Positions 27,374 to 41,800 are shown, counted from the stretch's first letter. The stretch is DNA of 64,000 bases from Lama guanicoe (GCA_013239625.1 MU054049.1:1253015-1317014), one strand, 5' to 3'. Program-made: numbers and translations. Notes: generated by a model from the sequence alone, not told the origin.

Positions 27374-27545
27374 ACCTACTGTATAGCACAGGGAACTATA
27401 TTCAATTTCTTGTAATAACATATAATGGAAAATAATCTGAAAAGAAAAAATATGTATGTATGTATACGTATAACTGAGTCACTTGGCTGTATACCTGAAA
27501 CTAACTTTGGAAATCAACTACAGGTCAATAAAAAATTTAAAAAAA
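27374..27545 (+). mobile_element. Short L1 3' end fragment, same family as 39810-40378
   Basis: acctactgtatagcacagggaactatattcaatttcttgtaataa is nearly identical to about 40205-40250; A tail present. Confidence 0.82.
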
Positions 27546-28924
27546 CAAGCATCTATTTACCACCAACCCATCACAGCACAATGCATTTCCTTATATTGTT
27601 TAATCCTTACGAGGGTCCTGGAGAACCCCCAGCCCCTCCACTCCTGCCAGTTTTCTTGTCTAACTTGCCCAAGGTCAAGTAGCTGCGAGGCTGTAAACCA
27701 GGTTTCCAACCTAGGACCTGTGTCCGTCTGCAGGGTGCAGACTTTCCCCATCACAGCAAGTGGGGTTGTCATCAGTCCCCACCAGAATCACCTCCACGTC
27801 CCTTCCCACCCGCTCTGGACAACTGTCCCAGCCCTCAGCTCCTCCACCCACCGCCATCCATCCCTCCGGAGCAACTGAGCCCCTTCAAGACCAAGCATGC
27901 GCCCCAACCTGGGCACCATTTCAATCTCATAAAGGCTGAGGCAGCTTTACAATGTTCAAGTTGTGCCAGGCGAATGCTAAGCACACGTTGTAAATGATCC
28001 TTAATTTGAAGAGACGTTTCCCTTTGGAGCCAAAATGCCTAGTTGATTTCATGAACAATAGCTGAAGCTTACAAGTTACACTCCACTTAAGTTTTCTCTC
28101 TTGTCCTTGGCCTGAATCTGACTTTTTGTTCCTCTCCCTCATCGCTTTCAGAGCAGAGACACGGGATCCCCACTGGGAACGGGGGAGGGGGTGGAGGCAT
28201 TCCTTCAGGACCAGATGATGTCTGAGAGCGTGACCAGCCCCTAGCTGCAGGGCCCAGGTGTCAGTCCCCTCCTGTCACCACCCTGGGATTGTGCCCGTTC
28301 CTCCTCCCCCTTCTCACCCCTCTTCTGTCATCTGGGTGAGTCATTGTCATCCTCACATAAGAAGTTGATGAAAGGAGATGATTTTAGCCAGCTTGAGGCC
28401 CCTTCATATCCATCCTGGCTGGCATCCATTTTTCCTTGTCGGGACATCAAGGGTTTGACGTGGCTCAACTTCCAAAAAAGCTTCTTTAGATATTATTTCC
28501 TCTCTAAAAAGTTACACTTGCCTAGGAAAACTTCTCTTTGAGGGGCAAATTCCCTTCCAGCCATTCTGCTCACCTGCCCACCGTCCTCTGTGGGGAAGTG
28601 AAGTCAGGCCCTTCTGCCTGGAGTGTCTTGGGAGGGGAAGCTTCTGCCATCCAGATGCATAAAACCCTCCACGTGGTCCTCTCCAACACTGCTGGTTCTT
28701 TCGGGGATGAGCCAGGAGTAGACTCACAGCCCCTATGACAAGCCGAGAGTGCCTGGGGTCCATGCCTGCCATCACTCCTGTGAGTCCTATTCTGATTGAA
28801 GGCCTATTCCATATCACAGCATCCAGCTGACGGAAATGACAGCCATCATCTCCAAGCTAGCTACTCCTCCCAAAGCAGAGAAGAGACAGAAGTGTAGCCT
28901 TGCCGGTCCTCCTGCTTATCCCGC

Positions 28925-29420
28925 TGTCGACTGAAATAAAATGCACAGCCTAAATGTTGAGAGTTATGTTTTATTTGGCAGATGTTTTCAAGGACTCGAA
29001 CCCCTTCGAGCCCGGGATGACAGCCTCCCAGATCGCTCTGAGGGCCTGCACCGAAGAGGGAGGGGCGGAGCCAGGATATATAGGAGTTTTACAACAAAGA
29101 CCAGGTAATCGGAACATTAAAGATCACTGTTAAAGAAAACCAGACATTTCAAGTTAAAGAATTAAGTGCTTGTCTATATATAGGAAGGAGCAAACGTTTG
29201 AGATCATTGTATTCCTTTGACAAGCACCCAGCTACCTAGGGCCAGTATCCTGTCCTTTCTTATTCTGAGTCCCCTCAGAGGGTACCATTGTGGGTGGCTG
29301 CAGAAGCCGGGCTGCAGGCTTGTCTGAGCTCACTGTGGGGGGGTGGCGGCAGTGGCTGATGTCTTGATGGCTTCAGCATTCTTTGTTTACTGATATGGCT
29401 TGCAGTGTTTTTCGTTCACA
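28925..29420 (-). mobile_element. Solo ERV LTR (ERV1-like)
   Basis: TG...CA termini (tgtcgac...ttcaca); minus-strand AATAAA near 28970-28975; tatata near 29077 and 29176; GC box ggggcggag. Confidence 0.75.
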
Positions 29421-30069
29421 TCACCTCTCCTGACACCCACATGTCTCCCTCAGCCTGACTCAGCCCGTACCTGCAGCTGTCCTCCCAGTGTCCCCAGCCC
29501 CAGCCTCACCCAGCCTCACCCAGGCACTGGGCTGTCCTTTCCCCACTCTTGTTTCTACCATGTTGGCGCTCTTTCTGCCAAAGCGATCTCACAGTTCATT
29601 CTGTCCACTTTGCTTCTCTCCCTGAGGGCTTTCTTGGCCACGACCACTGGAGGCTGCCCCTCAGGCTGGCAGAAGCAGCTCTAATTTCTCTCACTCTCTC
29701 CAAGGGCATTCTGGCATTGGAGCCAGGTGCAGACCAGGACAAAGAGGCCGGAGTAGGGTGTGCTTCCATTCAAATATATGGATCCAGCAGCCTTGGAGAC
29801 CAGGCTTCCCCAAATATTAGGGGATAATATCATTATCTATCATACTATTACTCAGACCATTTTCACACTGGCCATGTCACACACACGCACACCGTGGTTT
29901 TAGGAATAAAAATTGTGTCTGCCCTAGAGAAGTTCTCAGGTCTGTGCCAAAAGAAGGCACACAAGAAATTTCATTATGTGTAGTTTATAGTAATAAAAAT
30001 TTTTAAATAGTACCCATGAAAAAACTGAGTAGGACCTTGGAAATGATTTTAAGCAATAAAAGCATGACG

Positions 30070-30367
30070 GAATGCTTAAAAGGCAAAAAATGTTGGGGAG
30101 CCAATGCTGCAGTTCAAGTCTGAAGGCTGTATGCTGGCCAAATTCCCTCTTACTCCAGGGAAATCTGTCTTTTGTTCTAGTCAGGCCTTCAGCTGATTGG
30201 ATGAGGCCCACCCTCATCATGAGAGGCAATCTGCTTTACTTCAAAGTCCACCAATTTAAATATTAATCTCATCCAAAAACACTGTCACAGAAATATCCAG
30301 AATAATGTCTGCCCGCACATCCAGACACTGTGGCCCAGTCAAGTTGACACATAAAATTAACCATCAC
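30070..30367. mobile_element. ERVL LTR fragment (MLT2-like)
   Basis: ggccttcagctgattggatgaggcccac...aagttgacacataaaattaaccatcaca, a terminus I recall as typical of MLT2. Confidence 0.75.
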
Positions 30368-30839
30368 ACCACATCCCTTTAATTTGGCCAGATTTGATCT
30401 TCAAACTCTCTCTCAGTGGCAGGACAGCTGCTGGAATCTCTGCCCAGCTCTTTTTAGCCTTCCAGCTGTGGTCCTCCACTGAACGCCTTGGCAATTTCAC
30501 CCTGCGCATGCCCAGTTTAGAAGTCAGCCAAGGATGTAAGGGAAATTTTAAAGAAGATTGTGGGGCTCCACCTCTAAGGCTGCTTCCTTTAGGGGATTGT
30601 TCTCCTAAATTTGTGGCCACTATGACAGCTTCAAATCCCAATCTTTGTCTTCCCATCCCAGTAAGACAGCCACTTTCTGCTTAAACTCTTCTATTGCCCT
30701 GTTCGCCAAGTAGACTGGATGTGCCCTCTGGAGCAGAGCCGGGTAAACGAGGAGGCCACCTACTTCTTTCTAGGGTCAGGCTTCCTCCTCCATCTGCTGT
30801 AGGGGGCTCTGTGGTGCCTTTCCATTTGTTATTACTTTA

Positions 30840-30928
30840 TTGTATTTTGTACTGAGTTTATAATATTATTAGGAGAAGGGTTTGAATGATACACTATTCT
30901 GTTATTTCCAGCTTCAGAATCCCTCAGG

Positions 30929-30959
<31 letters not shown>

Positions 30960-32520
30960 CATATTTTAACATTTCCAAGCAAAGAAATATTTTTGTACTA
31001 GTCTTTTCAAAATTTTCAGATTTTTATTTGACTGGGGTCAGTAAATGTAGAGCACATAATCTCAATCCTTTATAATCTGTTGAGATTATTTTTGCTTCTC
31101 TGTGGCCTAATTGAAGATCCCAACTTGACATGTTGATGCTTGGAGAGCTGGTTTAAAACTTCCCGCTCTTTCCCTCTGTGGGTACCATGCTTTATTTTTA
31201 TTTCAGAGCTATGTCGTCAGGTACACAAAGCTTCATGATGCTTCTAATATCACTGTCAAATATCCTTCTCTGTCTTTTGTCAAACTTTTTACCTGAATTC
31301 AGTTTTTTCCCTGATATTACTCTTTTTACATCTGTCATATTTTTTGTTAGCATTTGCCTGGTATAACTTTTTTCATCCCTTTATTTTTAATCTTCTTGTA
31401 GTTTTTGCTTTAGTTATATTTATAATAGCATGCAGCCGAATTTTTAAGTCAAAATAAATGTTTGTTTTAAATGGGTGAATTTAGTGAATTTAACTAATTC
31501 ACATTTTTTAGGTAATTATGCTTATTTTTGCTACCCTGATTTGTTATCTGTTTATGATACTTTCTTGTTTATTCCTCCCCTTCTGACAGCCTCTTCCTCC
31601 TCCTCCTGCTTTTTCTCTTTCTCTTTGTTTATTTCCTCCTGCCCTGTGGCTTATAATTGCTTGTAACTGTTTTCCATCCTCCCCTTACCTTTTTTTTTTT
31701 TTATTCTAGGACTCTTCTTGAATTTACAGTATACAAATTCAATACTATACTTTTCTGTCAATATTGAGAATTCATCAATATTCTATACTATGTCCCTGAG
31801 CAATATAGTGCTCTTACATTTGTCCCTTCTTTTTCTCTCGTATGACCACCCATACTGAGGTCAGGTGGAATTCCGATGTATAGTAACAGTACCACAATTT
31901 TTAAAACAATCATTACTTATTTAGACTTAAATATAAATTTTACTAATTTCTTTGCTCACTGCTACTTTTTTTTAATCTCACATATTCCTCTTGAGTCAGT
32001 TTTCATTGTGCTGAAGTTCATCTTCTAGGCATTTTTTTTTCAGAAAGAAGTTTTGGATAGTTTTTGAAGTTTTGAGGTTTTTGATTTCTTTTTCCTCTTC
32101 ACTTGAATGGTAGTTTGTTTGGGTATCGAATACTACATTGCCTAAACATTTCCCCTGAGAATTTTGAAAATATTGCTTCTCTATCTTCTTTCATTCAGTT
32201 CTGCCAATAAGAAGTCTAATTTTAGTCACATTCTCATATTTTTATAGGTCATTGGATTTCTATGTTCTTGGTCCTCTCAAATTTTACTTTGATTTTTCTG
32301 GATATAGTCAGTTTTGCATTTATCTCACTAGATCCTTGCTTTTAAGTCAAGTTCTCGTATCTTTCTGCAGCTCTGGTCCGTTTCATTCTCTGTCTTTTGA
32401 TATGTCCTTTTTTGCTGTTGTTGTTCTGCCTGCTCTCCCCGTCTAGAACATCTAGTAAATGAATATTAGGACTTCTGGGTCTTTCCTTGTGTCTCTGAAC
32501 TTCTATTTCATATACTCACT
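30840..32520 (-). mobile_element. Highly decayed L1
   Basis: Long T-rich tract with L1-like phrases (ataagaagtctaat; ttagcatttgcctggtata). Confidence 0.55.
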
Positions 32521-35291
32521 TACTATCTTCCTACTCTGCAAAGAAAACAGAATGCACAAATCCAGACAAGCAAACGGCAGAACACTATGTATCACAGAAT
32601 CCTGCGCCTCCTCCCACACAGCCTAGACCCAGGCACAGGGGTTGTTTTGCCCTTCCTTAGCTTCACTATGATCTTTTCTACTCCTGGCTATTGGCAGACC
32701 GGGTTCCAGAATGTTCCACTCTCCTCCCTGACTCAGACTCCTCCCATCCAGGCTGGGAGATCACTCTGCTAGATTTCTCTAGGATCTTCTCTTTTTCTGG
32801 GCTCCAACAACACATCTCCAAAGCAATCCTTGCTTACCCCGTTTGCCTGCAGTTTCCCCTACTTAAGGACCACATCTCTGTCCCCTGGTTTTTTTCCCAT
32901 AGTGTCTGATAATAGGTAACATTGATAGGACATTTAGAAGTTTTGGACACTGTTCAAAGCTGTGCCACATCTAATAACTCATCAGGAAATCCTGGCAACC
33001 CTCTGTGGTCACCAGCTCCAGGTGACAGATGAGGAAACTAAGACAAAGTTGAGGGACTAGCTGGAGGTCACCCACAGGGAGTAAGTGACACACAGGAGGG
33101 GTTAGAGCTCAGCCATCTTGATGAGAACCCTTGTTCTTAATTCCATCAGCAAGGAGCCCGGTGGTTGTTACAGTGAGCACACCTACATCTAAAAAAGCTA
33201 GGCTTGGACACGCAGATACAGTTTAAACGGATGAAGTGTCCACAAAGCCTGGACCGAGAAAGATTTTTCCTGTCCTATCATGTCTGATATTCCTCCTGAG
33301 ATCAGCCTTTTCCTCACGACCTCAGCCCCACTTCTGCCCAGCCTGAATGAGCGCAGATCAAGGCCTGATGGGGAGGTAGGAGGCATCAAGGCCACCTGAC
33401 TTCCCAGGGCTGACGGAGGTGAGGGGAGCATCATCACATCAGCGGCGGGCGGAGTCGCCTGGACGGTGGGGCAGAGCCCTCAGAACATCTCCCCTTGGGG
33501 TGAGGCTGCTGGGGACGCAGAGCCGAGCCCTTGCTGCTGGCTGCAAACGCCCCATCAGAATATGCTTAGGGTAATCCTTGGATGTGGTTTTAATTCTTTG
33601 TTGGTTGGTCAACTGCTGTGCTTGACTCACAATTTGTTGCCGGTGATTAAGAACCATCTCCTGATTTAAACTCAGGAAAGAACAACAACAACAAAAAAAT
33701 CAGAAACCCATTGAAAGACTTCCTTATGGGCCTTTTTTTTTCTTTTTTCTTTTTTTTTTGCTAAGAAAATACTGCGAGCTCTGACCCACTTCCCTGGTGG
33801 CCTACATGCCGGTGTCCTGAGAGCTTCACATGCATCACCTTATTTAATGCTGACAAAGATCCCACAGGGAAGGTACAGCTATTACATTTTACAAATGAGG
33901 AAACTGAGGCGCAGCAAAGGTAAATAATGTGTCCTGCTCACAAAGCAGCATTTGGCTTCATAGCCTACATATTCTACGCCACACAGGGGGCCATCTCAAA
34001 CCCATCCATCCTCTGCATCTTTGCTGCCAGCAGGCACTCCACCCCCAGCCACGCTCATCCTTTGCTTGGACTGGGGCAAGGACACCGAGCATGGCCCTAG
34101 GGGTTTGTAGCGTGATATTGACATGTCATGCCTCCTTTGAAGATCAGAATAACTCTGATACTTTAATCTCCATCTGCCTAACTTGTTTTCTACTTCTCAG
34201 CTGTTTCCAAACTTGGATGATGGAAAGGACCATTATTTACTCACTTATTCAACCCCCCATGTATTCTATGATAGACTATATCAGAATTCTATGATATGTA
34301 TACTTTTAACACAAAGAGATTACATACATGTATTTATTTAATTTTTATGTGTTGATTTTGCTCTATAGATTCAATGTGAATATGTTTCTAATTCATAGAT
34401 CTAGAGATTAATACCTATTTGGAATTTGATGATCTTGCCAGATAATCCTCTTACATCTCACCGTCTCCTCCAGGTGCTGAGTCTTGGAGGCATCAAACCA
34501 CCACTCTGCCTTTAGATCCCGGCAGGCTGCTGCCATCTGTGGCTTGATCCACCCATGTAGGGATGGCTTTTCCTCCTGGTAAGTGTCATCTGTCCTTTCC
34601 CCTTTGGGCAGGGTGTTCTGCCTGTTGAGATGGGCTGTCTGGGATCTATATGTGTTCTGAGGGCCCCAAGGCCTACTGGACTGGAAGGGCAGGGTTTATC
34701 TGAGCCTCTGGCCTCTGCTAGCATCCTTCCAAACCATGAGGTGGGGCAGTGAGAATGGACCTTACTCAAGACAGTGCACACACAGACACAATGATTTCTT
34801 GTGGATGCTTCAAAACCACATCCAAGAGCCCTTGCCCATTGGCACCTCTATCCCCGGAAGCTGATCCCATGGAGTGGGGCTGTTGAAAGAGGCATCAGAG
34901 GGTTTTCAGTAGGACTGCCACAGAAAGAAGTCACTGAGCTTGGATATGGGGTGTCAGCCAAGGAGACCAACTGCATAGACCTCCCCAACCCATTCCGGCT
35001 CCCGCAGCATGTCTGCCTCTACAAGCTGAAGACCCTGGTCTTCAGACACTGATTCTTCACACAGGGGACCTTTTGTGGAGCTCAAACAAAGCCAGAGCCT
35101 GGGAGTGGTGCTGGGAAAATGTGCCATGCATGACGTGGGGTCGGGGAGAGTACCCCACGTTTTCTTGTGTCTATTGAAATTAAAATGATTCCAGAGAACC
35201 CAGAAGCATTCACCTTCCATTCACAACCAGATGTCTTAATTAAAACGATGCTAAAGGAAGCAAATCAATTAACAGATACCTTACAAGATGG

Positions 35292-35297
35292 TTTATT
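35292..35297 (-). terminator. Candidate TMEM273 polyadenylation signal AATAAA
   Basis: tttatt on the plus strand, about 1.1 kb past the stop codon, followed on the minus strand by U/GU-rich sequence. Confidence 0.55.
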
Positions 35298-36409
35298 CTA
35301 TCTTCCACACAGAAAATTGCTGACGAGTATCACATTACCGCTTTAGGTTATCAGTTAACAGAGGCTGCTAATGAACTACATTGTTATCAAGTCAGACAAA
35401 AGATGCCCCGGGAATCCAGGCAAATTATTATAACACAGCACTTTGTTTTAAAAGATAGCTCAGCTCTCATCGCATACAAGGAGAGTAATCTAAGGGGAAC
35501 CAGTCCGCACAGCCACTCAGATTTCTGTTGAATTAACAGGCCAACAGTGTTCCATAACGCAGCCTGGAGATACAAGGTTAATATTACATGGAGAGAAACA
35601 TGAGTGGGGTCTGGGCCACAGAGCCTTAGGTTTACGGCAATAATAAAAAGATGTGAGTTTCCTAAGTCTCTGCCAGTTGCATCACCATGATCAGGTATGC
35701 ACATTGTAATATCACCACAAAATCTAAAAGCAGATCAGTAATCCCTTGCATTTGTACAGCTCTCTACAAGGCAGGCGTCTGCTTTGTCCTTTAATCCTTT
35801 GTTGGCTCCACCGTTTGCAGAGCCGACATCCTCCCACTCCAGCCATTTCATCCTTTGGAAGGTCTATCTTTCATTCACAGGGATGAAGACTGACCCATGG
35901 TTGCCATGTTTCAGGGCCCCTGAATTTTGACAAGGAGATTCTTCTGGCAGCTAGGAAAGCGAGGTCAGCAGTTCTGGAAAATGCTGCCCACCTGTTAGTA
36001 AGATGGTGACTCTAAAGAGACTGTCGCCCTGAGTTTGCTTCTTACTCCATGAGCCATTTGCCTCAGGTAGATTCCGTTGCCATGGACACAACGCCATCAC
36101 GGAGCGTGACCAGCTCCGACATGGGAACCAGGATAGGCAGGGAAGATTTCCTGGCTTCCATCTTTTTTCACTGCTGGAAGGAGTGCTCATGCAACCCTCT
36201 ATGCCCTCAGCTTCTTGCAGAAGAGAAGCAATATTTTCCTTTGAGACAGAAGCACTGTCATAGATTCTGTTCCTTCTATTATTTGCCCTGGATTTTGAGT
36301 TCCATGCAAAGGTCCATCACCAGCTTTGGATGCTTAAATTCAAGTCTCCAAGACTGCAATCTTGGGCAGCAGTCCAGGCTGCCGATCCCCTCCCGAAGAG
36401 GTTGCTCAC

Positions 36410-36434
36410 TCAGAGCTCAATCACTGGTGCATTT
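36410..36434 (-). CDS. TMEM273: TMEM273 terminal coding exon ((R)NAPVIEL*)
   Basis: ttcttttcctttccag|A AAT GCA CCA GTG ATT GAG CTC TGA; matches the recalled human C-terminus DAQVIEL. Confidence 0.88.
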
Positions 36435-38119
36435 CTGGAAAGGAAAAGAACCATCTGGGAGACTTACTGACAGAGTGACTGTGTTCTAACTAACCATGGC
36501 GTACGCCTAGGCAACCCACACAGTTAAACGGGTATGAAAGAGCCCATCAGCCAATCCTAGCAAAGTGGAACAGGTCCTCGTGCAACATAGAAAGGGACCT
36601 GAAGACCAGTGGCTCCAGGTGAAGGGGAGAGTTTTTCAGATCGTGCGCAACCTAGAGGTTTTTTCTGCCAGATCAAAGCCTCACAACTTCATCCACTTTG
36701 GTGACAAATAGGGAAGAAGTCATTCCCTTGCCTGATCTTGACATTGATCTTGGCATTCCGTTGGCATTGATCTGAGCAGGTGCTACAAGGAACAAGGTAG
36801 ACAGACCTACGAGAATGTAACTAGAAACTGATATCTTCACGTCTGAACTATATGCTGTTACAGAGGGTGAGACTTCTCCGTACTTAGTGGATCAGTTTTG
36901 ATGGGAGGGAATGGCAGCATAGACATACATTAAAAACTAGGAACACAGAAGAAAAGATGGACACCAAACCAGATCCTGATACAGAAAATCTTGAGCTGAA
37001 AGTCAGGCAGAGAACCTGCTGTGGCCACTCTTGGCCAAGGGTGTCACCAACACTTTCATGTGGAGATCAAATTCACACCAACAATTCATGGCAGTTTCAC
37101 ATCAACATTATCCACAGATCTAACAGCCTGGCACATTTATGCTGACACTGCATACTTGTTTATGCCATTTCACTGTGCATCCTCAGTCCCAATATCTTGA
37201 CATCTAACATCTCCCCATGAGAGAAGAGGCAGAAACAGCGGACAGACAGGGCAGGATGAAGCATCAATGGGACGAGCCAAGTCAACATCCATAAAAAGGA
37301 CAGCATATGCATGGTGAACCCCCCCATGTGGAGGATGAAGGGCTCAGGTTAGGGTCAGGGTTACAAAACTTGATGGCAGCAAAGCCGACATGGAAGACAA
37401 GCAAGGCAAAGATGGTGAGAGAGAGGAGGAAGAAAGGATTCCAAGCCTCAAATGTGATCAGGGTTTTGTGTTTCTCCCTTAGAGGATGGTGGGTCCAGAA
37501 AAACAAAGTTTGAGTTGGCTGCTGTAGAGGTCCGGGGGCTCAACAGAAAGTTCATCCCTCCTATTATCTTTACAAAGTCCTGAGTTAAAAGGGTCCCTTT
37601 GGGTGTTGCTAAGGAGAAGATCTAAAGTATCTGGAATAGCCAGCATTTGCACTTGAGATACTGATGCCCAGAGAAGATGGGAAGACCAGGAGAGCAGCTG
37701 CGTCCCACCCCTGATGTCCCTGAGCTGGGAAGTGGCACCCGTGAGCTACCCCACTGAGGAACTGTTCTCTGACAGGATTGAGATTCCTCTACAGATGGGT
37801 GCGCCACCAGCCCCTAGAGAACCAGACACAATCTACAGGGAAAGATTAGCTGGGCAGACGCTAGGACAGCACCTGCTGGACTGACTAGTAAGTGAATCAG
37901 GCTGCGGACCTGGGCTGGGTATCAAGAGAAAGAGAAAGAGACTTTTGGAGACTCTGGGATTATAGTGGCTGCTTACACCCAAATCTTCCACCCCATCCTC
38001 CAAAAATCATACAGACCAACAAGAAGAGAAGGAGAAAATTAAACTTAACTGGTAACAAGGGTGCCTATATGTCCTCGTTTGCCTGGGACCATTCCAGGGT
38101 AGATCTGCTGAGGATAAGT

Positions 38120-41100
38120 TAATGCCTGCTAATGCTGAAAGTCTCTTGACCAAATCCCACACACATTCCTGACTTTGAAAACTCAGTAAAATAGGAATTG
38201 ATGAGTATCTCCTTAACATGATGAAAACATGTGTACATAGTTCTAAAGTTAACACCTCACTTAATGAAAACCACTAGTGGATTTTCTACCAAGATCAGGA
38301 ACATGACAGGGATACTCACACTGTATTGGTGGTTTTAGCCAATGCAGTCAGAGAGGAGGAAACAATTAGAGACTTAAGAATTAGGAGAGAAGATCTATAA
38401 TTTGGCAGATGACATGATATGATGAAAACTCAAGGAGCTCCAGAAGAAAACAAACAAAATTATAAAAGCATTCAATAAGGCAGCTGCTATCATGTTAATA
38501 CACCCAAAAAAAAAATTCATAGGCAATCTATTACCAAGTAGGAGACATAATGGGACGTTCCATTTACAAAAGAAACAAAACCATAAAATATTTAGGAATA
38601 AACTTGACCAGAAATGTGAAAAATCCATAAGGATAAAATATGAAAGCTCTCCTAAGACACAAAAAAAACAGACTTGTAAAATATGTATATTTCTTGTCCA
38701 CGAAGGACTGCTTGCTGTCATAAAGAAGTCAATCGTCTTCAAATTAATACATGAACGTAATGCAATCCCAATGAAAACACTAAGATGTTTGTTTCTGTAG
38801 CTAGATTCTGAAACTGACTGTAAAGCTTGTATGGAAAAACAAACACACAAGAACAGCTAGAAGAGAAAACCAGGGTGCGTGGGAAGCAGCCCCGGCAGGT
38901 AACAGGCTTTCTTGATGCCACCACGCGAGTGTGGTAATAGCACCTGAATAATCACAAATACCATCGGAGAATAATACAAAATCTAGAAATAGTCCAAGTA
39001 TACATGGAAATTTAGAACAGGAGAAAGATGTCAAATAAAACGCTGGGGAAAGTAGGGTGTTTTAAAAATGATTTTGAAATAAGTGGATTGCTATTTGGGA
39101 AAAAAATAAAATTGGATCTATGTCTCATACCACACACCACACCAAATGAATCAAAGATCCAAATAAAAATAAACCCACGTGAGAGAATACATAGGTGTAT
39201 ATATAAATATTTATCTAATTTTATAAAAATTATATATATGCAAAACATTTTTAATTAAATATAGTTTTGTAAAAGGAACACAGGAAGGATGAAGTGGGAA
39301 TATTGAGATTAATCACGTCAAAGCAGGGGGTGGGAGCAGGGTGGAGAGGATAGAATGAGAGTAAAACGTCTCTGAGTTTACCTGTTTATGTTTTTAGTTT
39401 TGAACCAGATACATGATTTACATATGCGAAAATAAAATTAAACTCAAAGGATTAAGAAAGGAAACATAAAATAGCATATGCACTGAAACAAACGTCTCTC
39501 ATTCTGTATCAAGTTGATAGCGTAACCACACTGAGAGAATAAGTCAATTTGAACACAAAGCTCAGTTCACATGGAGGGCTCAGTTCTAAGAACAAAAAGA
39601 AATTTTTAAGCAAGCTTGTAGTTGTATAGTGTTGTAATTCTGGAAGTACGTATTTGGTGCATATTATAGGGTGGAGCAAATGGGTAAAAATATTTATACA
39701 GTTGGGTAATAGGGTGTTCACTTTAGAGGAAGCAAAGTAGAAATACAAAATAAGAACTCTTAAGAAGACATTTATGGTATTGAGTTTTTAATTTAAATAT
39801 ACATTTGCTATAGCAGCACTGTTTACAATAGCCAAGACGTGGAAACAACCTAAATGTCTTATCTACAGATGAATGGATAAAGAAGCTGTGGTATATTTAT
39901 ACAGTGGAATACTATTCAGCCATATGAAAGAATGAAATATTGCCATTTACAGCAACACAGATGGACTTAGAGATTATCATATGAAGTGCATTAAGTCAGA
40001 CCAAGAAAGACAAATATATGATATCACTTATATGTGGAATCCAAAAAAATTTTCAAATTTCACTTACAAACCAGAAATAGATTCACAAACATAGAAAAGA
40101 AACTATGGTTACCAAAGGGGAAAGGCAGGTGCGGGGAGGGATATATTAGGAGTTTATGATTAACAGATACACATTACTATATGTAAAACAGATAAACAAC
40201 AAGGACCTACTGCATAGCATAGGGAACTATATTCAATTTCTTGTAATAATCTATAATGGAAAAGAATCTGAAGAATATATATTTATATATGCATGTATAT
40301 GTATAACTGAATCACTTTGCTGTATACCTGAAGCTAACATTGTAAATCAACTACACTTCAATAAAAAAATAAATAAATAAATAGACATTTGCTGACTGTC
40401 CGTTAAGAGGGCTGGTAGACGATGATGCCTGAATGTCCCTGAGCACTCATTGTGTCCAGATCTTGGTTTCTAAAAGCTATTCCACATCAAAAAGAAGGAG
40501 GAGGAAGAGAAGGAAGAAAACACGGATCTAGAGAAAATGGGTGACTCTAGGTCTGGACAGGGACAGTACAAGGTGAGCCTGGGACACTGTGTTGTGCCAC
40601 AAGTCTAGGAAATGCTCAAGAACTACTGGGATCCTGTCCAAAGCCACCAAGAAGTGACCTGTACTGACAACTTGGGACAATGTGAGCATCAAAAAGATTC
40701 ATGATGGTGATGAATTATAATGCATTGAAGTCTACAAGAGAAATGTTCGACACATAAGAGAAAGAGAAGAAAGGACGGTCTTTTTTTGTAGAAGAATGAC
40801 AGCTATTAAATGTAGAAGGAATGCTGAAATTAGAAACTCAGCTCTCTGTAATCCTCAGTGCAGTAACTGATTCAAACATGGACATGGAATAGATGTCAAA
40901 TCACTGGGTAAAGAATTACTAGGGTCAGGATGTTCTTACAGTCTCAAATTCGATTATTTACCAATTACAAAGGGGGGATTTTCTCTCTACAGTACAGAGG
41001 TCTAGCCATCACTTCTTTAAAAAGCAATCAAAAGCTGTATCACCAACAGTAAGTGAACCTGGCGTCATGTGCCTCTGGATGCACTGAATGCAATTCACTG

Positions 41101-41420
41101 AAAGATACACATGCAATGTCACCTCTGCAGTAATCCTGACAAAATTCTCAATGCGAATCTACTCAGGAGGGAATAGGCCAATCTGGAAAACGGGACAGCA
41201 TACAAGATGACTGGCTGAGGTACTTCAAAATCGACAATGCTGCTGAGAGAGAAGGCAACATCGAGAGAGACTTAGAAAAAGAGACAAAATCGAAGACAAT
41301 GGCTCCTGACTTGGAAAAATAGAGCTCTAAAAGATACTTGGGAAACTGATCGGAGAAATTTGAATACGAGCTGTGTAATCGATGATACTATCGAATTAAC
41401 ATCCATTTCCATTCTTGGTA
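38120..41420 (+). mobile_element. Old L1 (L1MC/MD-like) fragments hosting the younger L1 at 39810-40378
   Basis: tttggcagatgacatgat (ADDM motif, ~38402); aatgcaatccca; tagccatcactt...tgtgcctctggatg. Confidence 0.65.
39810..40378 (+). mobile_element. 5'-truncated L1 3' end (artiodactyl-type) with TSD
   Basis: atagcagcactgtttacaatagccaagacgtggaaacaacctaaatgtc through AATAAA and an A tail. TSD taaata(t/g)acatttgct near 39794 and 40378. Confidence 0.88.
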
Positions 41421-41776
41421 AATAAAATACAGTAAAATAAAATAAAATAGAAAATAAAATAAATAGAAAATAAAATTTAATTATCTTGCTGTTAAAACCC
41501 AGGTTTCTTAGCTCTAATCAGGCAAATGCCCCACAGCTTCATTTAAAATCTTGTCAGAGTACCACTGTTTTAGGGTTTTTCTGCACATGTCCCAAAGAGA
41601 TGCTGATTCCTGGTCTCACAGCTATCCTGGCACAAGGACTTCTAAAGGACCATGGCTAGCAATCCCCCTCTCTTCCTGTGGGAGGCGTTCAGGGGAGCCG
41701 CCAGCCAGTGCAGGAGACCAGAGGGACTGCCTTTCCTCCTTTCAGTAAGAGCCATTGGATCCCTCTTACAACTCAC

Positions 41777-41800
41777 CTTTCAGAGAAACTGAATTTTAAC
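41777..41800 (-). CDS. TMEM273: TMEM273 24-nt micro-exon ((R)LKFSFSE(R)), possibly alternative
   Basis: ccagttttgcag|GTTAAAATTCAGTTTCTCTGAAAG|gtgagt, phase 2-2 with no stop. Same length and FS position as the recalled human RNHNFSK segment. Confidence 0.7.
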
